In this document: positions 1 to 11,293 of the stretch, piece after piece
How the letters are laid out: each line of letters starts with the position of its first letter
How positions within the stretch are numbered: the first letter of the stretch is position 1
Assembly: GCA_034506455.1 (NCBI GenBank)
Contig: JAPDPN010000004.1
Location: forward strand, 1 to 53,504
Reading direction: 5' to 3'
Length of the DNA: 53,504 nucleotides
Source of the DNA: Candidatus Zhuqueibacterota bacterium
GTDB lineage: Bacteria > Zhuqueibacterota > Zhuqueibacteria > Residuimicrobiales > Krinioviventaceae
The notes under the pieces: generated by a model
Told to the model about the DNA's origin: nothing
Seen by the model: the letters and a program-made list of their open reading frames with translations, nothing else
The model's database searches: none
Translations under genes and position numbers: made by a program

Positions 1-1378
1 TTGGAAAAACATTTAAACGATAAAAGAGATCGGAGCGAAAATTGCCCTTATTCACCTCTTCCTGCAGGTCACGGTTGGTGGCGGCAATAACGCGCACGTC
101 CACTTTGATTTGCTTTGTGCTTCCCAAACGTTCAAAGGTACCGTTTTCCAGCACGCGCAACAGCTTTGCCTGAGTTTCGATGGGCATTTCACCGATTTCG
201 TCCAGGAAAATCGTCGAGCCGTCGGCCACTTCAAAGCGGCCGATCTGCCGAGTGAGCGCGCCGGTATAAGCGCCTTTTTCGCGACCGAAAAGCTCGCTTT
301 CCATGAGCGAGGCCGGCATTGCAGCACAATTGACCACTACCAATGGGCGGTCCTTGCGGGGACTCATACTGTGGATGTACCGCGCCAAAAGCTCCTTTCC
401 GGTTCCGGTCTCACCCAGAATTAGAACGGTGGAGGTGGTCTGTGCGACTTGCTTCGCCTGAGCCAGAATATTTTGCATAACCTTGCTTTCGGCAACAATA
501 TTGCCGTGCTCGGCAACCATGCGAATCTCATTGAGAAGATAAACGTTTTCCGCTTCGAGCTTTTCCTTCAGAAGGCGGATCTCTTCCAACGCGTCGCGCA
601 GCTTTTGCTCGGCTTGCTTACGTTCGGTAATATCCTGGACGATTCCGGATGCAAAAATAACCTCGCCTTTACTGTTTTCGATTCGATCTCCGGGATGAGC
701 CCAAACATGGATGATCTTATCTTTTCCGCGTCGCAGACGGAACTCGCATTCTTTAAACTTGTTTTCTTTTATAAAGGCTTGATGCACATTCAAAACGGTC
801 TCTCGATCCTCTTCATGAACGGTTGATTCAAGGAGCTCGTAGAGGTTGCCTGAAAATTTCCCATCGTCGATGCCGAAGATTCGAAAAAATTCTTCCGATC
901 CGCTAAATTGATTCGCAGCGAAATCCCAAGTCCAGTGTCCAAGATGAGCAATCGCCTGTGAACGCTTGAGCTGCAGTTCGCTGAGCCGGACCACTTCGTC
1001 CATCTTGTGCTTATAGAGCGCCATTTCGATGGTCGTACGCAAGGTCTGATCATCGAAGGGTTTGACGATATAACCGAACGTTTCGGCTTCTTTGGCGCGA
1101 AACAGGGTGGCGTCATCAGCATAGGCGGTCAGAAAGACAACCGGTCGATGGTACAATTCTCTAATTTTGATTGCCGCATCAATACCGTTCATCTCGCCGC
1201 TGAGACGAATGTCCATTAACACCAAGTCCGGCGCAAGATCGCCGGCTATTTCAACGGCTTTTTCGCCGCTCGTTGTTCGACCTAATACCTGATAACCAAG
1301 ATGGATAAGTCGACTTTTAATATCCTCAGCAACGACCGGCTCATCTTCGACAATAAAGATCTTGGAGTCTTTAGGCAT
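1..1378 (-). CDS. sigma-54-dependent response regulator (REC-PAS-AAA+ enhancer-binding protein); the C-terminal HTH runs off the window
   Basis: Absent from the ORF track because it has no stop in the window. I translated it from the ATG at 1378..1376. It reads MPKDSKIFIVEDEPVVAEDI...DLVLMDIRLSGEMNG (receiver with acceptor Asp), then a PAS-like middle region (HLGHWTWDF...GIVQDITERKQAE). The AAA+ module has Walker A GETGTGKE, the sigma-54 contact loop GAYTGA (GAFTGA type) and Walker B FLDEIGEM. It ends ...RVIAATNRDLQEEVNKGNFRSDLFYRLNVFP at position 2. Confidence 0.85.
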   Translation of the reverse strand, partial: MPKDSKIFIVEDEPVVAEDIKSRLIHLGYQVLGRTTSGEKAVEIAGDLAPDLVLMDIRLSGEMNGIDAAIKIRELYHRPVVFLTAYADDATLFRAKEAETFGYIVKPFDDQTLRTTIEMALYKHKMDEVVRLSELQLKRSQAIAHLGHWTWDFAANQFSGSEEFFRIFGIDDGKFSGNLYELLESTVHEEDRETVLNVHQAFIKENKFKECEFRLRRGKDKIIHVWAHPGDRIENSKGEVIFASGIVQDITERKQAEQKLRDALEEIRLLKEKLEAENVYLLNEIRMVAEHGNIVAESKVMQNILAQAKQVAQTTSTVLILGETGTGKELLARYIHSMSPRKDRPLVVVNCAAMPASLMESELFGREKGAYTGALTRQIGRFEVADGSTIFLDEIGEMPIETQAKLLRVLENGTFERLGSTKQIKVDVRVIAATNRDLQEEVNKGNFRSDLFYRLNVFP

Positions 1379-1530
1379 ATCGAGCTACCTGGTTTTGCAT
1401 AGACTAAATCAATATGACCATAGTGAGATTTAAAAGAATAGAGAATAATCTTGATGAAACCTGAAAAAAAACGTTTCCCAATCGACGAATCAAAAAGAGC
1501 AAAGTGTGGTCTCGGAATACCGTTTTATAT

Positions 1531-1588
1531 TACAAAAGCGGATTGTTAAAAGCAAGCTCGAAATCCTTTTCGACTTGAAAACAATCCG
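1531..1588 (-). terminator. putative terminator hairpin after the last tad-operon gene
   Basis: About 40 nt after the stop at 1631. A 9-bp stem, CGGATTGTT (1539..1547) with AACAATCCG (1580..1588), encloses a smaller TCGAAA/TTTCGA hairpin. On the minus strand it is followed by CTTTTGTAAT. Confidence 0.4.
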
Positions 1589-1630
1589 AGTGATTAAAAA
1601 ATTATAGATCTTTAAGTATGTTGGGAATTT

Positions 1631-2605
1631 TTAGAGAACCTTGGGAATGAACCGGTATCTGACGGCAGAGGCATAGTCCCGATAGGCGGGATCCTGCAAA
1701 AGCAGTTTTTCTTCAGCGATCGCCCGCCAAAATTGCCCTGCAATTATGAAAACTAAAAGAGCAATATTCCAAATACTGGTATTACCCAACACGTAGCCAA
1801 AGTAGAAGAAAATTTCCGCGCTGTAAAGCGGATGCCGAACGATCCGATAAGCGCCGCAACGCTGGATCGACCGGTTGGCCGGAATAATGCCGAAACTTCG
1901 TCCTAAGCTCCCGAGAGAAAAGATGACGCCGATGATACCGATGCTTTGTACGCCGATTGCAACCGCAAGAGGAACAACAGCGGAATGAGATGGACGAAAA
2001 CTCATGGCCGCCAACAGAACTGCAAACGGAATAAGCCAATCGAGAATTTTACGCGAAGTCTGCCTGCTTTCCCTTCGAATCAGAAAAAACACCATCAATA
2101 ATGAATTATGCACCAAGACCGCCATATTCAAAAAAGTGACCTCTTGGCGTAAAGCAAAAGTCAAGGCTAATACCAGGCGAAACCAAAAAACAGCCAAGAG
2201 AAAATTCAGCGGCCAATGGAGCAGGCTGCGCAGAGAATCGGGGTGAATTTTATGGCTCCTGTCGATTTCAATCTGCACGCGGGAGCCGACCTTTAGCCCG
2301 GCCGCAGTCGTCCAACCTGCCGCACCTTCAAGAACCGCCTGCGCAGCTTTAGGAAAGAAAACCATTTTCTTAGGTGCTATGTTTTGGGCAATCTCGATTA
2401 CTTTTCCATCAGCATCAACGGCCACTGCGTCGAGGGGATATCTCATTCCAAAGGTGTGAATACTCCGGCAGGGCGAAAAGAGCAGCAAAAGATTGCGCAA
2501 CGGCTCGTTGGTTCCCAATAAACCGACCGCCCGGCTGACAGGATTGGCGGCGTGAGCTATGATAAAAGGCAGGATTTTCTTATCCGGAAGAAGGGCAATC
2601 GGCAT
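1631..2605 (-). CDS. fusion protein: N-terminal DUF192-like domain plus C-terminal polytopic ICMT/PEMT-like membrane methyltransferase
   Basis: The first ~115 aa fit the DUF192 pattern (RAVGLLG...LLLLFSPCRSIHTFGMRYPLDAVAVDADGKVIEI...AVLEGAAGW..GLKVGSRV). The rest has about 5 hydrophobic helices and the ICMT-family signature YRIVRHPLYSAEIFFYFGYVLG. It starts 14 nt downstream of tadC on the same strand. Confidence 0.7.
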   Translation of the reverse strand: MPIALLPDKKILPFIIAHAANPVSRAVGLLGTNEPLRNLLLLFSPCRSIHTFGMRYPLDAVAVDADGKVIEIAQNIAPKKMVFFPKAAQAVLEGAAGWTTAAGLKVGSRVQIEIDRSHKIHPDSLRSLLHWPLNFLLAVFWFRLVLALTFALRQEVTFLNMAVLVHNSLLMVFFLIRRESRQTSRKILDWLIPFAVLLAAMSFRPSHSAVVPLAVAIGVQSIGIIGVIFSLGSLGRSFGIIPANRSIQRCGAYRIVRHPLYSAEIFFYFGYVLGNTSIWNIALLVFIIAGQFWRAIAEEKLLLQDPAYRDYASAVRYRFIPKVL

Positions 2606-2619
2606 AAACAGAATCAGCT

Positions 2620-3552
2620 TTATTTAGCAAAGGTATCGAGAATCATGATTACGGCAGGGCCGATGAGGACGATAAACAGAGCCGGCAGAATGAACATCAC
2701 CAGCGGCAGCAGCATTTTCACACTGGCCTTGGCGGCGTTTTCTTCTGCACGTTGATGAATTCTGGTCCGCAACGCCTCGGCTTGTGCGCGCAGGGTGCTT
2801 GCAATGCTGGTTCCCAGCTTATCGGCCATGATCAATGCACCGACCAGGATGCGCAGATCTTCAACTCGGTTGCGGTCGCTCATGCCTCGGAGTGCCTTCT
2901 CACGCGTCTGGCCTATTCTCAAGTCCTGAGCAGCGCGCAGCAGTTCCTGGCTAAGGGACTTGTTACGAATTCCCATATCCTGCCCGACGCGTTGAATCGC
3001 TGCATTGAGGCCTAAACCGGCCTCCACGCAAATGACCAAAAGATCCAACGCGTCGGGAAGCCCCATGGCAATTTCCCGCTGCCGTTTGTCTACCTTAAAG
3101 CGCAGCAAAATATCGGGCATGATAAATAAAGAGAGGGCGGAGGCGGAAGCCATCAGCAAAATCCAACTGAACGGACGCGTGCTGAACATGCCAAGCAAAA
3201 GGATCAGGAGAAAACCGCCGGCAGATGAAGCCATTTTAATGCCCATTAAGCGCAAATAAGCGGATTCCCCTTGGTAGCCTGCGGCAATCAGATCCGATTT
3301 CAGCTGGGATTCTTTTTTCAAGCTGCCTTTGGCAACACGGCCCAGCTCTTCCAAAAGCTCTTTGGTGTCGAAATGGCGCGGCCACTTGCGCGAATCAATA
3401 TCATTGGTGCTTTGCGATGAACGAATTAGGTTGCCGTTTTCGATCGCCTTCATGCGGGATAGAGCCGGATTGAAATGGGCTGCCAGAAAATTTAATCCAA
3501 GATAATAGATCACGAAAGAAGTAAGAAAAACTAATAGTAAAATCGCGCCCAT
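2620..3552 (-). CDS. tadC: Tad pilus platform protein TadC (T2SS F-family)
   Basis: A 310-aa polytopic membrane protein with a T2SSF-type cytoplasmic domain (LPDALDLLVICVEAGLGLNAAIQRV...). It sits in the tadA-tadB-tadC order. Confidence 0.8.
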   Translation of the reverse strand: MGAILLLVFLTSFVIYYLGLNFLAAHFNPALSRMKAIENGNLIRSSQSTNDIDSRKWPRHFDTKELLEELGRVAKGSLKKESQLKSDLIAAGYQGESAYLRLMGIKMASSAGGFLLILLLGMFSTRPFSWILLMASASALSLFIMPDILLRFKVDKRQREIAMGLPDALDLLVICVEAGLGLNAAIQRVGQDMGIRNKSLSQELLRAAQDLRIGQTREKALRGMSDRNRVEDLRILVGALIMADKLGTSIASTLRAQAEALRTRIHQRAEENAAKASVKMLLPLVMFILPALFIVLIGPAVIMILDTFAK

Positions 3553-3565
3553 CTTTTCGATCCGC

Positions 3566-4545
3566 TCACTGATATTTCACTTCGACAATTTTGTTAATCA
3601 TATAAAACCCGATTCCCTGCAAAATGCCGGCGGTGACCAACATATATTGGCCGATTTTTCGATGAAACATCGGCGTCAAATAGCCTGGACTCATCATGGA
3701 GATAATGAGAATAAAGGCTATAGGCAGAGCGCCTAATATCCAGCCCGACATCCGGCCTTGCGCCGTAAATGTTCGCATTTTACCCATCAGCTTGAATCGT
3801 TCACGGATGGTGGTGCCGATGTTTTCGAGAATTTCGTTCAAATTGCCGCCCGTCTCGCGCTGCAACAGAACCGCCGTCACGAACAAACGCAAGTCCGCAC
3901 TGTCGATGCGTTCGAGCAGATGATTAAAGGCAAGCTGCCAGGTAGCGCCGAGGTTATATTCCTCGACTGTCCGGCGGAATTCGACACTGATGGGATCTGC
4001 CGCCTCCTCGGCGACCATCTGCAGAGCGCGCGGAAACGCATGGCCTGCCCTCAGCGCTCCGTTGATCATATCGATGGCGTCGGGGAATCCGCGTATAAAT
4101 GCATGCAGTCTGGCTTTACGCTTTGTCAAGACATAGATCATGGGTGCATAAAACATAGCGCCTGTTGCTGCGCCCTTGAACAGAATATTGGTACTACGCA
4201 GCGTCAACATGAAGCCGACGGCGCCGCTGACAAGCATCAACAACACCAGTTGGCCGACGCGGATGCTTAACCCTGCCTGTTCTATCGTTCGGCTGAGCTT
4301 TTTCGCCAAATTTAAATGTTCGAGAATTTGATTGAGCAGCGGGATTTCGCTCATACTTTCATCGCGAATGAGCGATAATTCCTTTTCTTTTTTCTTTATC
4401 TCCACTACAGCTTTTTCGTATTCGCTCATTCGTTTTTTAATAACCGGTCCGCTTCCGAAGCGGTGCGAAAGTTTGAGCAGAATTGCCGCAAAGAGCACAA
4501 AAGAGGTCGAGAATACAAATAGGACAACCAGAATCGTCATCTTGG

Positions 4546-4561
<16 letters not shown>
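3566..4561 (-). CDS. tadB: Tad pilus platform protein TadB (T2SS F-family)
   Basis: A 331-aa membrane protein with a T2SSF domain ([25 protein letters not shown]...), immediately after cpaF. The ORF overlaps the cpaF stop by 16 nt, so the real start may be the Met at 4540 (MTILVVLF...). Confidence 0.8.
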
Positions 4562-6000
<1,439 letters not shown>

Positions 6001-6006
6001 CGCAGC

Positions 6007-7215
6007 TTACCCTTGCCGCTTAAAAAATCCTGAAAAAAGACCCGGTTTTTGCTGGGGTTTACCCTTGATCTCCCTTTCCTTCCCGATCAGTTGCAGAGCA
6101 ATATCGACCAAGTCTTCGCTCATTTTGCAGTTGGGCGATTTGAGCACAATCGGCACGCCGTGATTGACGCAAGCCGTCACCACACCGATGTCATGCTCCG
6201 TCACCCTTCCGAACACCGGCCAATGCAGAACTTTTTCCATCTCTGCAGGATTCAAACCGGCATAGTGTTCATAACGGTTGAGAACGACTAGTATTTTTTC
6301 CTGCGGATAATTCAACTTATTAAATAGCTCCAAGCACCGCTTGCTGTTATAGATCGTCGGCAAATCGAGCGTGGAAATCAATAGGATCTTGTCCGAAGCA
6401 TCCAAAGCTTTCAGAGAAATATCATTAAAGAACGGATGATTATCGATTAAAATAAGCTCAAAATTTGTATTAAGAACTTCCAAGAGGCTGCCGACCTGTT
6501 GAGCCGTCACCATTTCGGCTTCTTCGATGCGGAAAAGGCCGGGGAGGAGATAAAGTCCGGAGGCATGCCGCGGCAGCGTTTTAAGAAGAATATCGATGTC
6601 CAGCTTTTCGATATTCTGGACCACATCAAAAAGAGAATACTTGCTGCGTAGGTTGAGAAACAACGCGTCGTGTCCGGACTGCAGATTGAGATCGATCAGC
6701 AGAACCTTGGATTCCGGCATTTCCTGGGCGCAAACCACGCCGACATTGACTGAAAGCGTTGTACAGCCTACGCCGCCTTTGGCGCCGAAAAAGCTGAAAA
6801 TGCGCCCTTTGCCGCTAATCTGGCGTTCGAGTTCTTCATGAAATTTAACGGCCGATTGGATGACCGAATTGATCTCCTCGGCGTCGTAGGGCTGCGAAAG
6901 GAAATCCTTGATGCCGATGCGAATGGCGCTGCGGATCAGTTCGGGCCGCAGCTGCGGCGAGGTAATGATCATGTACGGCTGCCTCTCCGCCTGCAGCCGC
7001 ATAATCTTTTCCGCCAGCCTCAAGCCGGCGCCCTCTTCCGGCACCAGATTGATGATAATAATGTCCGGCGCATAAACCGGAAGGCTCTCGAACAACGCCT
7101 CACCCCAGCTGCTCTCCGATTTGACATCGTACCCGCTGCGAGAGGAGAGCAGATTGACCAGCTGGGTTCGTGAACGCTCGTCACGGTCGATAACAAGTAT
7201 TTTGACGGAATCCAT
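6007..7215 (-). CDS. tadZ: TadZ/CpaE pilus localisation protein (atypical receiver plus ParA/MinD-like ATPase)
   Basis: The N-terminal receiver-like fold has Asn at the acceptor position (DIIIINL). The central deviant Walker A is GAKGGVGCTT. It lies directly upstream of cpaF. Confidence 0.8.
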   Translation of the reverse strand: MDSVKILVIDRDERSRTQLVNLLSSRSGYDVKSESSWGEALFESLPVYAPDIIIINLVPEEGAGLRLAEKIMRLQAERQPYMIITSPQLRPELIRSAIRIGIKDFLSQPYDAEEINSVIQSAVKFHEELERQISGKGRIFSFFGAKGGVGCTTLSVNVGVVCAQEMPESKVLLIDLNLQSGHDALFLNLRSKYSLFDVVQNIEKLDIDILLKTLPRHASGLYLLPGLFRIEEAEMVTAQQVGSLLEVLNTNFELILIDNHPFFNDISLKALDASDKILLISTLDLPTIYNSKRCLELFNKLNYPQEKILVVLNRYEHYAGLNPAEMEKVLHWPVFGRVTEHDIGVVTACVNHGVPIVLKSPNCKMSEDLVDIALQLIGKEREIKGKPQQKPGLFSGFFKRQG

Positions 7216-7244
7216 TGTGCCTGCAACTGTCCTAAAAGATGGTT

Positions 7245-8216
7245 TTAACCGATACGCACAATTTTGCGCAGCATGGAGTAATTATTGCCGTTGTTCCGCG
7301 TACCATTGGCCAAAATGTTCATAAACACGCCGATGACGTCGCCTTTGCCCGACATCCCTTCAAGAAAAAAAGCGCCGATGGCATTGACCTGCACGTTGCC
7401 GCGGCCGCCTGATGGAGGTCTGTTCGGATCGTACATCGGCACGATTAGGATTCTCGGGCTTGTGTAGCCGGGAAAAGCAGAATTTACAACACGCCCATTC
7501 GACCAAACAGCCTGCGGGTCCCTCTCGATGATTTCAGTGACGCCCTTAGTAGTAGGTCCATCCATATTTCCAGGTTCGATCTGGAGGATGTCGCCGATTT
7601 CTACATACGAGGAGGTGCCGTACATGAGATTGTTTAGATAAGCAGAGGCTCCGGTTACGGGATTGCCGCGGTTGACCGGCGGAAAGTCGACAGGATATCG
7701 CCAGCAGGGAGAAATGCCGCTCTCTCCCTTGGCACCGGACTTTAGCACCACACGATCGCCGTTTTGCCACAAGCCGTTCGGCACGCAAAACGGCGCCATG
7801 CCGGTAACCCCTTTGATGGAAAACATCTCCGCCGTTGCCTCAGCGGTCAGCAGCTTTTGCGGCCTGCCGGCCAGACGTAGAAAAAACGTATTCACAGTCC
7901 GCCTGGCCTGCACACGTATGCGTGTATTAGTGGGAAAGCTCACGTCTTCGGCAGTTATGATCACCGGTTGGCCGGCGCATGTGTTCAGAGCAGCATAACG
8001 AATTGCAGCGTTCCGCGCCTCCGTTTGGCCTTGCAGCAGCGCTGCGGCTCCTGCCAAAGACGCCGCATCCACCGCACCTTGCAATTGCTTGTCGGCCACT
8101 AAAATGTATCCGATATCCGTTGCCATCGCCGCAAACAGTAGAAAACTCAGCATGGCGAAAGCAGTAAACATAACAACGTTTCCACGTTCATCCCGGCAGA
8201 ATCTGGTCCCCAACAT
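7245..8216 (-). CDS. TadG/TadE-like (Tad_N) pseudopilin-type protein, paralog A
   Basis: The N-terminus GNVVMFTAFAMLSFLLFAAMATDIGYILVADKQLQGAVDAASLAGA matches the TadE/G-like N-terminal helix. I recognise no vWA motif. It aligns along its whole length with the next gene. Confidence 0.65.
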   Translation of the reverse strand: MLGTRFCRDERGNVVMFTAFAMLSFLLFAAMATDIGYILVADKQLQGAVDAASLAGAAALLQGQTEARNAAIRYAALNTCAGQPVIITAEDVSFPTNTRIRVQARRTVNTFFLRLAGRPQKLLTAEATAEMFSIKGVTGMAPFCVPNGLWQNGDRVVLKSGAKGESGISPCWRYPVDFPPVNRGNPVTGASAYLNNLMYGTSSYVEIGDILQIEPGNMDGPTTKGVTEIIERDPQAVWSNGRVVNSAFPGYTSPRILIVPMYDPNRPPSGGRGNVQVNAIGAFFLEGMSGKGDVIGVFMNILANGTRNNGNNYSMLRKIVRIG

Positions 8217-8245
8217 AATATCATCCCTCTCCTCTTTGTACCCAA

Positions 8246-9205
8246 TTACCCGATAAGGCTCACCTTATGTAATAGGGAATATTCTTCTCCGCGCGTACCA
8301 TTTATAATAATGTCCATAAACACACCGATGACGTCTTTGCCCGACATGCCTTCCAGAAAAAAGGCGCCGAGGGCGTTGACCTGGACATTGCCTCGTCCTC
8401 CTGCCGGAGGGTTGTTCGGATCGTACATCGGCACGATCAGGATTCTTGGACTGGTGTAACCGGGAAACATCGAGTTGATCACGCGCCCGTTTACCCACTG
8501 AGCATCTTTGTCTTGTTTGATGATATCATTGACGGCGGAGGAAGTAGGTCCGTCCATATTTCCGGGTTCGATCTGCAGGATATCGCCTACTTCGACGTAT
8601 GAGGGACAGCCGTTGATGAGATTATTTCGAAAAGCAGCGGCTCCGGTTACGGGATTGCCGCGGTTGATCGGCGGAAAGTCGACCGGGTAACGCCAGCAGG
8701 GGAAAATGCCTGTTTCTCCGGTGCCGCCGCTTTTCAGCACCACTCGATCGCCGTTTCGCCACAAGCCGTTCGGTACACAAAACGGAGCCAATCCGGTCGT
8801 ACCTTTAATGTAAAAGATCTGCGCCGTTGCTTCAGATTGCAGCGTTTTTGTAGGAAAATTGACGACACGAAGAAAAAATGTATTAAAGGTACGCTGTGTT
8901 TGGACACGTATTTGCGTTGGGGTAGGAAACGTCACCTGGCCGGATGCGAGTTGAACAGGCTGGCCCATGCAGGTGTTCTTGGACGCTATATTGACGGCTT
9001 CATTAAGAGCTTCATTTGTACCATAGATCAACTTGGCAGCCCCGGCCAAGGCGGCTGCGTCCACCGCCCGCTGCAGCTGTTTATCGGCAACCAAGATGTA
9101 GCCGATATCTATGGACATCGCCGCAAAAACTGCGATCGCAAATACCGAGGCGGCGACAATAACCAACGTATTGCCGCTTTGGCTTTTCCAAAATTTCCCA
9201 AACAT
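8246..9205 (-). CDS. TadG/TadE-like (Tad_N) pseudopilin-type protein, paralog B
   Basis: The N-terminus is GNTLVIVAASVFAIAVFAAMSIDIGYILVADKQLQRAVDAAALAGA. It shares long blocks with paralog A (APFCVPNGLW.NGDRVVLKSG, CWRYPVDFPP.NRGNPVTGA, GDILQIEPGNMDGPT, PRILIVPMYDPN.PP.GGRGNVQVNA.GAFFLEGMSGK). Confidence 0.65.
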   Translation of the reverse strand: MFGKFWKSQSGNTLVIVAASVFAIAVFAAMSIDIGYILVADKQLQRAVDAAALAGAAKLIYGTNEALNEAVNIASKNTCMGQPVQLASGQVTFPTPTQIRVQTQRTFNTFFLRVVNFPTKTLQSEATAQIFYIKGTTGLAPFCVPNGLWRNGDRVVLKSGGTGETGIFPCWRYPVDFPPINRGNPVTGAAAFRNNLINGCPSYVEVGDILQIEPGNMDGPTSSAVNDIIKQDKDAQWVNGRVINSMFPGYTSPRILIVPMYDPNNPPAGGRGNVQVNALGAFFLEGMSGKDVIGVFMDIIINGTRGEEYSLLHKVSLIG

Positions 9206-9218
9206 GATGCCCTCCCGT

Positions 9219-10310
9219 TTAATTTTTCAAACTGCGAATTTTAGCGGGAAGCCCTTCTTTGTCAACCGGTCGGGCAATTTCCGGCGAAAGAAGGATCAGC
9301 AATTCCGTTTCCTTGTTTTGATACCTGCGGCTCCCGAACAGGATACCTAGGACCGGTATTTTGCTGATAAAGGGCAACCCGGAAATTTTTTCAGTCGTTT
9401 CACGATTCAATAACCCCCCAATAATGAGAAACTTGCCCTCAGCCAATTCTACTGTTGTTTCCGCGCGGCGAGTAATAAGCGCCGGAATTCTGAAACCGCT
9501 CATAATGACGCCATTTTCATAATCTAAAGAACTGACTTCGGCATTAACTTTGATTTTGATTAAAGAAGAATCGATAATATGCGGCTGAAATTTGAGCTTG
9601 ATGCCGAATTCTTTATATGTAATTGTAACACTCTGCATTATTCCGGACCCTGAGACGACCGGAACAGGCACTTCGCCGCCGGCAAGAAAGCTTGCCTCGC
9701 CGTTATCAATAGCGCTTAACGTCGGTTTTGCCAAAGTCTTAAGCAAATTTCTCTCTTCCAATGCTCGAATGATGGATGAAATATTGTTTTGTGGAATTTT
9801 GAAAAACAAATCCACCATTTCATTCAAGATGAAAGGATCATTCGGCGTATTGACTTTGCCGGAAAAGACGCCGATTTCCGTCGAGCCTCCTGATGATTGG
9901 GAAGTTTTTATGTTTTTCGCCCAAAGATTGATGCCGAACTCGCGCAACGCTTTACGATCCACTTCTGCAAAGCGCACGTAAAGCATAATTTGCTTGCCCG
10001 AGCTGGGTTCAGCAACCATCACTTTATATATTTTATAATTTTCACCCTCATCCCAAACAATGACGCTGGTGCTTCCCAACGCTTTCCCGTTGACAAGCAC
10101 CTGGCGCGGTGAAACCACGGTTGCCTCGATGAGTTCAGGATTAGCCAACGATATCCGTTTAATGGAAGTGGGAAAATCCAATATCAATGATTGACCCACG
10201 GTTACGGTAACGGTCTGCGTTTGAACTTGCGCGCCTAAACTGAACAAAGGGAGTAGGAGCGCTGCTGCGAAAACCCTCAAGATGCCGATGCAATAACGAT
10301 GACCAACCAT
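9219..10310 (-). CDS. rcpA: Tad secretin CpaC/RcpA
   Basis: It has a signal peptide, an N-terminal pilus-secretin N domain (VTVGQSLILDFPTSIKRISLANPELIEATVV...) and a secretin core (LAKPTLSAIDNGEASFLAGGEVPVPV...KIPVLGILFGSRRY). Confidence 0.85.
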   Translation of the reverse strand: MVGHRYCIGILRVFAAALLLPLFSLGAQVQTQTVTVTVGQSLILDFPTSIKRISLANPELIEATVVSPRQVLVNGKALGSTSVIVWDEGENYKIYKVMVAEPSSGKQIMLYVRFAEVDRKALREFGINLWAKNIKTSQSSGGSTEIGVFSGKVNTPNDPFILNEMVDLFFKIPQNNISSIIRALEERNLLKTLAKPTLSAIDNGEASFLAGGEVPVPVVSGSGIMQSVTITYKEFGIKLKFQPHIIDSSLIKIKVNAEVSSLDYENGVIMSGFRIPALITRRAETTVELAEGKFLIIGGLLNRETTEKISGLPFISKIPVLGILFGSRRYQNKETELLILLSPEIARPVDKEGLPAKIRSLKN

Positions 10311-10354
10311 GCTGCTTCTGCTCCCGTAGTGATGACCGGCTGATGAAAGTCCTA

Positions 10355-11275
10355 TTAATCCGCACCGAAGGTGATCCGTTCACGCTTATTGGCGTAGAGA
10401 ATCTCCACTGTTTTTCCGGGAATGACCGGTTCAACTTTGGCGGATGTATTCGATGACGACTGCTTTACAGAGGTTGAAGCTGAAGGAGCCGGGGGTTTGG
10501 CTGCCGGTGGAGAAATCGGTTCTGAAGTCTTGAGATTGCCGGCGGAAGACGCAAAATAACCCGCCGGCATCAGCTGACCGAGACGTACACCCGGAGTAGA
10601 AGCTTGATCGTGATCGGCGGAATTCCGCAACGCCAAACGAATTCTCCCTTCCGTTTCCGCCAACGCCAGTTTTTCCGCCTGCTCGGGAGTCACCAGTAGG
10701 GTAGCGTGCTGACCTTCGGCAGGAGCTTCGCCGCCGCTCTGTCCGAATCTTTGATCAATTGCCAATACCAGAACATCCTCGAGGATGATTTTTGTCGCGG
10801 CGGCTTCCTTTTCCATCGATGAGGAAACCGTTACCAGTACATCCACCCGCGAGTTGGGGAAAATGAAGCCGCTGACCCCGGAGACAGGATCGATGGCAAC
10901 CGACATGGCCCGCATGCCGAGAGGAATGAGCCCGGAAACGCCGCCGCTGGAACCGAGCGGCGCCAGTTTACCTTCCAGAATAATTTCTCCCGTAAAAATG
11001 GAGGTTTTAACGACGCGATCGGTCAGAACAGCCGGATCACTAAAGGCACCCATGGGGACCAGTTCAGCCGGAAACTCCGCGACCTTGAGATTTTGCGGAG
11101 TAATTTTCGTTCCCGGAGTCAAATCCATCGTCGCTACCACCGCAGAGGTAAGCACGACCTTTGGTTTTTGTGCCGCCTCCTGCTGTTTTTGAATAAAGCG
11201 CATAACCAGCACGGTGGTAAACAGACTGAGCACCAATGCTAATGGGATGAGGATCTTTTGCTGGAAAAAGCGCAT
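10355..11275 (-). CDS. rcpC: CpaB/RcpC pilus assembly protein
   Basis: It has an N-terminal membrane anchor, a SAF-like segment (VVATMDLTPGTKITPQNLKVAEFP) and an RcpC-type body. A Pro/Ser-rich linker precedes a short C-terminal domain. It sits between tadE and the secretin. Confidence 0.8.
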   Translation of the reverse strand: MRFFQQKILIPLALVLSLFTTVLVMRFIQKQQEAAQKPKVVLTSAVVATMDLTPGTKITPQNLKVAEFPAELVPMGAFSDPAVLTDRVVKTSIFTGEIILEGKLAPLGSSGGVSGLIPLGMRAMSVAIDPVSGVSGFIFPNSRVDVLVTVSSSMEKEAAATKIILEDVLVLAIDQRFGQSGGEAPAEGQHATLLVTPEQAEKLALAETEGRIRLALRNSADHDQASTPGVRLGQLMPAGYFASSAGNLKTSEPISPPAAKPPAPSASTSVKQSSSNTSAKVEPVIPGKTVEILYANKRERITFGAD

Positions 11276-11293
11276 GCACCCGTCTCCGCTGCC

